64,000 nt of DNA from an uncultured Gemmatimonadales bacterium. Its GTDB lineage: Bacteria > Gemmatimonadota > Gemmatimonadetes > Gemmatimonadales > GWC2-71-9. Both the position numbers and the translations under genes were made by a program. Under the pieces are notes generated by a model. The model saw nothing but the letters and a program-made list of their open reading frames with translations, made no database searches and was not told the origin of the DNA. Location: positions 256,001 through 320,000 of the forward strand of contig CAVYSW010000009.1 in assembly GCA_963771275.1 (NCBI GenBank), given 5' to 3'. Shown here in pieces: positions 58,071-64,000 of the stretch (positions are counted from its first letter, which is position 1; each line of letters begins with the position of its first letter).

Positions 58071-58601
58071 ATGGCCCGGATCGATTTGAAAGACGTGCTG
58101 CAACGGAGCGTGGCCGGCGTGTACGGCGACCTCGTGACGCGGCGCACGGGTCAGGCCGTCCGCTGCAGCATCGAGCAGATGCTGCCGCCCACCGACTCCG
58201 ACCTCGACATCATCGACTTCAGCACGGTCCGGCTGATGGACCACTCCTGCGCCGACGAGATCGTCGGGAAGCTCCTGCTGCACCACGGCCAGGCCCGCTA
58301 TTTCCTGCTGGTCGGACTCGACCTGAGTCACGTGGACGCGATCGCGCCGGTGCTCGAGCGACACGCCCTCGTCGTGGTCGCCCAGGACCGCGCGGGCACG
58401 CTGCAGCTGCTCGGCACGCTGCCGGAGCCCGCGCTGCGCGCGTTCCGCCTCCTCGCTGACTCGGGCCCGGCGGAGCCCGACGAGGTGGCGGCCCGCCTGG
58501 CGCTGTCGCCCGACGCCGCCCGCCAGGCGCTCGAGACGCTGCGCGCGCACCACGTCGTGCGCGAGCAGGCGGGCCACTACCAGGCGCTGCACGGCGCATG
58601 A
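58071..58601 (+). CDS. STAS-like (DUF4325-type) domain plus winged-helix protein
   Basis: LVTRRTG, IDFSTVRLMDHSCADEIV; C-terminal EVAARLALSPDAARQALETL..VV....YQ. Confidence 0.7.
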   Translation: MARIDLKDVLQRSVAGVYGDLVTRRTGQAVRCSIEQMLPPTDSDLDIIDFSTVRLMDHSCADEIVGKLLLHHGQARYFLLVGLDLSHVDAIAPVLERHALVVVAQDRAGTLQLLGTLPEPALRAFRLLADSGPAEPDEVAARLALSPDAARQALETLRAHHVVREQAGHYQALHGA

Positions 58602-59767
58602 CGCCGCGCCGCGCCGGCCTGTCCACGCGCGCCATCCACGGCCCGCCGCACCGCAAGGCGCCCCAGACGCCGGTCAGCACGCCGATCTTCCAGAGCAGCA
58701 CGTTCGTCAACGCCGTCGGCTCGACCGACGAGGTGCTCTACACCCGCTACGGCAACAACCCCAATCAGACGGAGCTCGCGGCGCGCCTCGCGGCGCTGGA
58801 AGGCGCGGAGGCCGCGATCTTCCTGTCCAGCGGCATGGGCGCCACGGCCCTGGCGCACCTCGCGATCCTCGCGCCCGGCGACCACCTGATCACGAGCGAC
58901 TGGATCTATGGCGGCACCCGACGCCTGTTCGAGCAGGAGTTCGCGCGGCTCGGGATCGCCGTGAGCTTCGCCGACCCGTCGCTGCCGCGCAGCTGGAAGG
59001 GCCAGCTGCGCAAGACGACCCGTGCGATCTTCCTGGAGACCCCCACGAACCCGCTGATGCGGGTGCTCGACCTCGACCCGATCGCCGCGCTGTGCCACAC
59101 CGAAGGCATCGCGCTCCTGGTGGATTCGACGTTCGCCTCGCCGATCAACTTCCGGCCGCTCGAGCACGGGGCGGACGTGGTGATCCACAGTGCCACCAAG
59201 TACCTCAACGGTCACTCCGACGTCATCGCCGGCGCCGTGGCGGGCACGGAGGAGATGATCGAGGAGGTCCGCCGGCTAATGCAGATCTACGGCCAGGCGA
59301 TCGACCCCCACGCCGCGTGGCTGGTGGAGCGCGGGCTCAAAACGCTCGCGGTGCGGATGGAACGGCACAACGCCAACGGGGCGGCGTTCGCCCACTGGGC
59401 GGGCACCCACCCCGCGGTGACGGCGGTGCACTACCCGGGGCTGGCAAGCCATCCGGACCACGCGCTCGCGGCGGCCACGCTGCAGGGCTTCGGCGGCATG
59501 GTGGGCCTCGAGCTCGCCGACGGCGCCGCCGCGGAGCGGACGCTGCGCCGCCTGCGGGTGGCCCAGCACGCCCCCAGCCTCGGCGGGGTCGAGACCCTCG
59601 TCTCCGAGCCGCGGCGCACGTCCCACGCCTCGCTCACCCCGGCGCAACGAGCCGCCCAGGGCATCCCCGACGGCTTCATCCGCGTGAGCCTGGGCATCGA
59701 GGACGTGGACGACATCATCGCCGATTTCACGCGGGCCCTGACGCGCGGCAGCAGCCGCGCGGGTTGA
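58598..59767 (+). CDS. Cys/Met metabolism PLP enzyme (cystathionine gamma-synthase/lyase family)
   Basis: YTRYGNNP, SSGMGA, ETPTNP, VDSTF, HSATKYLNGHSD, SLGGVE. Confidence 0.93.
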   Translation: MTPRRAGLSTRAIHGPPHRKAPQTPVSTPIFQSSTFVNAVGSTDEVLYTRYGNNPNQTELAARLAALEGAEAAIFLSSGMGATALAHLAILAPGDHLITSDWIYGGTRRLFEQEFARLGIAVSFADPSLPRSWKGQLRKTTRAIFLETPTNPLMRVLDLDPIAALCHTEGIALLVDSTFASPINFRPLEHGADVVIHSATKYLNGHSDVIAGAVAGTEEMIEEVRRLMQIYGQAIDPHAAWLVERGLKTLAVRMERHNANGAAFAHWAGTHPAVTAVHYPGLASHPDHALAAATLQGFGGMVGLELADGAAAERTLRRLRVAQHAPSLGGVETLVSEPRRTSHASLTPAQRAAQGIPDGFIRVSLGIEDVDDIIADFTRALTRGSSRAG

Positions 59768-59776
59768 CGGGCGGCG

Positions 59777-60472
59777 GTGATCAAGCTCACCAAGGTGTTC
59801 AAGGCGTACCCCAAGGGCGTGCTCGCTTTGCGTGACGTGTCGTTCCATATCGCGAAGGGCGAGTTCACCTTTCTCACCGGTCACTCGGGCGCGGGCAAGT
59901 CCACCGTCCTCAAGCTGATCTACGCCGACGACCTGCCCACCGAGGGCGAGGTACGGGTCTCCGGATTCGTGACGCGCACGTTGCGGCGCAGCGAGATCCC
60001 GCGGCTGCGCCGCCGCCTCGGCATCGTGTTCCAGAACTTCCGGCTGCTCGACAACCGCACCGCCGAGGAAAACGTCGCGTTCGCCCTCGAGGTCACCGGC
60101 GCGCGCCGCAGCGTCACGGGCCCCAAGGTGGCGCGGGTGCTCGCCCAGGTGGGGCTGGCCGCCAAGGCGCGCGCCTACCCGCACGAGCTCTCGGGCGGCG
60201 AGCAGCAGCGCGTCGCGATCGCGCGCGCCCTGGTCAACGACCCGTTCGTCCTGCTGGCGGACGAGCCAACGGGGAATCTCGACGAGCGCGCCACACGCGG
60301 GATCTTCCAGCTGCTGCGCGACATCAACGCGTCGGGCACCGCCGTGATCATGGCCACCCACGATCTCGATCTGGTGCGCCAGGCGCCGTACCGCACGATC
60401 GAGCTGCAGGACGGTGCGGTGGTCTACGACTCCGCGGTGGACGCGGCGGCGGAGTCGGAGGACCTGGCGTGA
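59777..60472 (+). CDS. ftsE: Cell division ATP-binding protein FtsE
   Basis: GHSGAGKST, LSGGEQQR, DEPTGNLD; followed by ftsX. Confidence 0.95.
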   Translation: MIKLTKVFKAYPKGVLALRDVSFHIAKGEFTFLTGHSGAGKSTVLKLIYADDLPTEGEVRVSGFVTRTLRRSEIPRLRRRLGIVFQNFRLLDNRTAEENVAFALEVTGARRSVTGPKVARVLAQVGLAAKARAYPHELSGGEQQRVAIARALVNDPFVLLADEPTGNLDERATRGIFQLLRDINASGTAVIMATHDLDLVRQAPYRTIELQDGAVVYDSAVDAAAESEDLA

Positions 60473-61326
60473 GGCTCGCCGTCCGCGAGGCCCTGCTCTC
60501 GTTCCGGCGCGCCCCGGCGCTGTCGGTGCTCTCGATCACGACGATCGCGTTCGCGCTGTTCGTGGCGAGCCTCGTGGGACTGGTAGCGCTCAACCTCCGC
60601 GCGGCGCTGGCCGACGTGGCGGAGCGGGTCGAGGTCGTCGCGTACGTCATGCGCGGCACGCCGGTCGAGGTCGTGACGACCGCCATGGGCGACATCGCGA
60701 GCTTCCCCGAAGTGGCGGAGGTCGCCTACGTCACCGAAGAGCAGGCCCTCGCCCGGGCCCGCGCGCAGCTGAGCGAGTTCCGGGACGTGTTCGACGACCT
60801 GAGCGTGAATCCGCTGCCGGCGTCCCTCGAGATCCGGCTCAAGCCCGGGTTCCGCGACAGCGGCCACGTGCAGGAGGTCGCCGACCGCGTGCGCGGGTTC
60901 CGCTTCATCGACGACGTGCGCTACGGCCGCGAGTGGGTGGCCAAGCTCGATCGCCTGCGCTCGATCGCCGGCGCCGTCGGACTGCTGGTGGGCGGCGCGT
61001 TCGCCGCGGCCTCGATCATCATCATCGGCACGACGATCCGCATGACGGTGCTGCAGCGGGCCCGCGAGATCAGCATCATGCGCCTGGTCGGCGCAACGAA
61101 CGGCTTCATTCGCCTGCCGTTCCTGCTGGAAGGGGCGCTCAAGGGCGCGTTGGGGGGCGTCGTGGCGGTGCTGCTGAGCTACGCCGCGTACGTCATCGTC
61201 AGCCGCCTGTTGCTCCGGGGCCGCTTCTTCTCCGCCGGGGAAGCCGCCCTGATCGTCGTGGTCGGCACGGCGCTCGGCCTGCTCGCCAGCGCAGTGAGCG
61301 TGACGCGCCACCTGCGCGAGGTCTAG
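60469..61326 (+). CDS. ftsX: Cell division permease FtsX
   Basis: NPLPASLEI, REISIMRLVGATNGFIRLPFLLEG. Confidence 0.95.
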   Translation: MRLAVREALLSFRRAPALSVLSITTIAFALFVASLVGLVALNLRAALADVAERVEVVAYVMRGTPVEVVTTAMGDIASFPEVAEVAYVTEEQALARARAQLSEFRDVFDDLSVNPLPASLEIRLKPGFRDSGHVQEVADRVRGFRFIDDVRYGREWVAKLDRLRSIAGAVGLLVGGAFAAASIIIIGTTIRMTVLQRAREISIMRLVGATNGFIRLPFLLEGALKGALGGVVAVLLSYAAYVIVSRLLLRGRFFSAGEAALIVVVGTALGLLASAVSVTRHLREV

Positions 61327-62526
61327 GTGCGGCCGGCACCGCTCGCGCTGCTGCTTGCCGGGCTCGCGATCCCCGCCGCCGGCGCCACCGCCCAGAGCGC
61401 CCTCGAGCGCCAGATCCGCGACAACCAGGCACGGCTCGACTCGATTCGCCGCGAGCGCGCCGACGCGCAGGCCCAGCTCACCCGCCTGCGCGGGCGCGAG
61501 CGGGACATCACGGTCGAGATCGCCACCCTCGACCGCCAGGCCCTGGCCACGACGCGACTGGTGAACGAGCTGGATCGCCAGATGGGCACCCTCGCGACCC
61601 AGGTGGATTCGATCACCTTCGATCTGCTCCTGGCGCAGGACGCCCTGACCGAGAAGCGGGCCGTGCGGGAACGCCGCATCGCGGAGGTGTACAAGCGCGG
61701 CCCACTGTGGGCGTTTCAGGTCCTGCTCGCCGCCGAGAGCTTCGGCGACCTGCTGAGCCGCTACAAGTACCTCTACCTCATCAGCCGCCAGGACCTGGCG
61801 TTGGTCACCGAGGTCGAGCACCTGCGCGACCGCATCGCCCTGGAGCGGCACTCGATGGCCCGCGTCCAGGACCAGGTGGGTCTCAACCGGGAAGAGCGCG
61901 CCCGCGAGCTGGCCCGGTTCCAGCGGCTCGAGCAGGAGCGCCAGCGCAGCCTGCGCCAGACCCGCGCCACGGCCGCGGCGGCGACCGAGCGGATCTCCTC
62001 GCTCGAGCGCGACGAGCGCAACATCAACGATCTGATCACGGCGCTCGAGCGCCGCCGCCGCGAAGCGGTGGCCGCCGGCCGGGCGACGTTCCCGGCGACG
62101 ATCACCGACGAGAGCCTCGGCGCGCTCGAGTGGCCGGCCGACGGCCCCGTCCTGTACGAGTTCGGCCGGACGAGCGGGCCGCGCAACACGGTGCTGCGGC
62201 GCGATGGTATCGGCATCAAGGTGACCCCGGGCAGCGACGTGCGCGGGGTGGCGGGGGGCGAAGTCGTGGTGGCGGGGCCGATGGGGACGTACGGCCCGAG
62301 CGTCATGCTCGACCACGGCGGCGGCTTCTACACGCTGTACCTCTACCTCTCGTCCGTGACCGTAGTGGCCAACCAGCGGATCGCCGGCGGCACGGTGGTG
62401 GGTCGATCGGGCGGCCAGGCGTCGGAGGAGGGGCCGCACATCGAGTTCCAGATTCGGCAGGCGTCCGGGAGCTCGGGGCAGCCGGTCGCGCTCGACCCGC
62501 TCAACTGGCTGCGGCCCCGCCGCTGA
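61327..62526 (+). CDS. envC: EnvC-like murein hydrolase activator (coiled coil plus degenerate M23)
   Basis: Coiled coil; LEWPADG; RDGIGI and YTLYLYL lack Zn ligands; follows ftsEX. Confidence 0.85.
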   Translation: MRPAPLALLLAGLAIPAAGATAQSALERQIRDNQARLDSIRRERADAQAQLTRLRGRERDITVEIATLDRQALATTRLVNELDRQMGTLATQVDSITFDLLLAQDALTEKRAVRERRIAEVYKRGPLWAFQVLLAAESFGDLLSRYKYLYLISRQDLALVTEVEHLRDRIALERHSMARVQDQVGLNREERARELARFQRLEQERQRSLRQTRATAAAATERISSLERDERNINDLITALERRRREAVAAGRATFPATITDESLGALEWPADGPVLYEFGRTSGPRNTVLRRDGIGIKVTPGSDVRGVAGGEVVVAGPMGTYGPSVMLDHGGGFYTLYLYLSSVTVVANQRIAGGTVVGRSGGQASEEGPHIEFQIRQASGSSGQPVALDPLNWLRPRR

Positions 62527-62578
62527 CCATCAGCTCCGCAGCCACCATCAGGACAGCATGACCTCACTGCACCACCCC

Positions 62579-62624
62579 TTGACCGACCACGCGTACTCTG
62601 GTACTAATACATACGTATGAATTA
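62579..62624 (+). promoter_or_regulatory. tetR promoter and palindromic operator
   Basis: TTGACC at 62579; TAAT-A-CATACGTATG-A-ATTA palindrome at 62605-62624. Confidence 0.7.
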
Positions 62625-62628
62625 CAGA

Positions 62629-63231
62629 ATGGACACCAAGACACGGCTCATCGCGGAGGCACGTAACCTCTTTGCCACGAACGGCTTCAGTGGTGTTGGC
62701 GTACGGGAAATCACCCGGGCGGCACATGCCAATCTCGGCGCGGTGACGTACCATTTTGGCTCCAAACGGGCGCTGTATGACGCCGTCTTCGTGACCATGG
62801 GGGACAACCTCGCCACTCGGCTCGAAGCCGCCGCCGCCGCACCAGGCTCCACCGCGTCGAGGCTCGAGGCCATCGTCCACACCCTGTTCAGCTTCTTTCG
62901 GGAAGCGCCCGAGGCGCCCCTCCTCATCCTCCACGAGGTGGCGGCCACCGGCGCGCCGCCTCCCGCGCTGGTTCCCCTGATCCGGCGCAACCTCCAGGCC
63001 GTCGAGCGCGCGCTGCGCGAGGGGCGGGAGCGCGGCGAGGTGCGCGAGGTCGATCCCATGCTGGTCGCCTTCAGCATGATCTCCCAGTCCGTCTGGTTCG
63101 CTCTCGTGGGGCGCTTCCTGCCGGCCATCGGTGCCATTCCTCCGGACGACGGGGCCTTTGCCGCCCGCGTCGAGGCGCACGTCGCCGGAGTCGTCCGCCG
63201 CTCCGTCCTTCCCGAGGCAGATATGCCATGA
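62629..63231 (+). CDS. TetR/AcrR family regulator (start 62617 or 62629)
   Basis: TKTRLIAEARNLFATNGF, VREIT, GAVTYHFGSKRALY. Confidence 0.93.
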   Translation: MDTKTRLIAEARNLFATNGFSGVGVREITRAAHANLGAVTYHFGSKRALYDAVFVTMGDNLATRLEAAAAAPGSTASRLEAIVHTLFSFFREAPEAPLLILHEVAATGAPPPALVPLIRRNLQAVERALREGRERGEVREVDPMLVAFSMISQSVWFALVGRFLPAIGAIPPDDGAFAARVEAHVAGVVRRSVLPEADMP

Positions 63232-64000
63232 GACGCGCTCTTTTCCTCCTGCTGTTCGCGTCCCCGGCCTGGGCGCAGACGCCCGGCGGCTCGCTCACGC
63301 TTGCGGCCGCGGCACGCCGCGCCCTCGAGGTCCACCCCGGCGTGCGCGGTGCCGCGGCGGCGGTCGCGGGGGCCGAGGCCGCGGTGGGCGAGGCCCGGAG
63401 CCGCTGGTTCCCGCAGCTCGCCACCCAGGCGTCGCTGATCCGCTTCGAGAAGCCGATGGTGGTGACCCCGATCCACGGCTTCGACCAGGCGCAGCTGGGC
63501 CAGATCGCGTTCGACCAGACGCTGATCCAGGGAAACCTCAGCCTCGGCTTCACGCTGTTCGACGGCGGCGCGCGGGGCGCGCGGATCCACGCCGCCCGGG
63601 CCGACGCCGCGGCCCGCGGCGCCGAGCTGACCGCGACCGAAGCGGACCTCCTCGCCGATGTGGCCGCGCGGTTCCTCGACGTCGTGACCGCTGGTGACGT
63701 GCTGGCCGCCCAGGAGGGCGGTGTACGCGCGCTCGAGGCGGAACGCGATCGCGTGACGCGCCTGGTGACGGAGGGCGAAGCCGCGGAGGTCGAGCTGCTC
63801 CGCGTGCAGGCCGCCGTCGCCCAGGCCGACGCGGACCGGATCTCGGCCGCCACCCGCCTCGGCGTCGCACGCAGTGGTCTGGCGCGGGCGATCGGGATCC
63901 CCGCCCTGCCCGACACACTGCGACCCGTGCGGCTCACGGCCCGGGCCGTCCCCGCGCGCGACGCGCTGCGCGCGGCCGTCGAGCAGCACAATCCGCGGCT
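63228..64000 (+). CDS. TolC family outer-membrane efflux protein, 3'-partial
   Basis: ATGA overlap with tetR; MRRALFLLLFASPAWAQ..LTLAAAARRALEVHP..ARSRWFPQL..TLFDGG; runs off the window. Confidence 0.88.
   Translation, partial: MRRALFLLLFASPAWAQTPGGSLTLAAAARRALEVHPGVRGAAAAVAGAEAAVGEARSRWFPQLATQASLIRFEKPMVVTPIHGFDQAQLGQIAFDQTLIQGNLSLGFTLFDGGARGARIHAARADAAARGAELTATEADLLADVAARFLDVVTAGDVLAAQEGGVRALEAERDRVTRLVTEGEAAEVELLRVQAAVAQADADRISAATRLGVARSGLARAIGIPALPDTLRPVRLTARAVPARDALRAAVEQHNPR

Overview
High-GC (~70%) bacterial chromosome window. Gene families (Hanks kinases starting ALAGRY..ELG.GGMA.VY, TPR/TolB fusions, the lepA-ROK-pfkB operon) point to Gemmatimonadota, by inference only. The left part (1-21.6 kb) is accessory: an anion-channel cluster (aquaporin, DUF190, Fluc/CrcB, ClC-CBS), hydrolases, a Ser/Thr kinase, an arsR-arsC remnant and an IorAB-type molybdoenzyme. 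About 21.6-29.8 kb is a decayed island downstream of a stand-alone tRNA-Ile(GAT). It holds a tyrosine-integrase remnant, two ~85-bp direct repeats, Fic, protease and SIR2 fragments, two lipoproteins, and a 550-bp GxxExxY cassette bounded by a 28-bp duplication of the tRNA 3' end. The right part is mostly core genes: typA, CDF, pdxA, surA, PPIase, mfd, BatA/DUF58, five secreted peptidases, lepA, ROK, PfkB, an HATPase plus STAS-wHTH pair, a PLP lyase, ftsEX-envC, tetR and tolC. The most unusual signals are: (1) dispersed 7- and 9-bp-period, often palindromic repeats, intergenic and also in-frame inside pdxA, typA and mfd; in pdxA the only stem mismatch removes an in-frame TGA; (2) the integrase-free GxxExxY cassette, whose flanking hairpin stem recurs 8 kb away; (3) the repeat-punctuated island; (4) a candidate HATPase/STAS-wHTH phospho-switch. 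All product calls come from motif recognition; no database searches were run.
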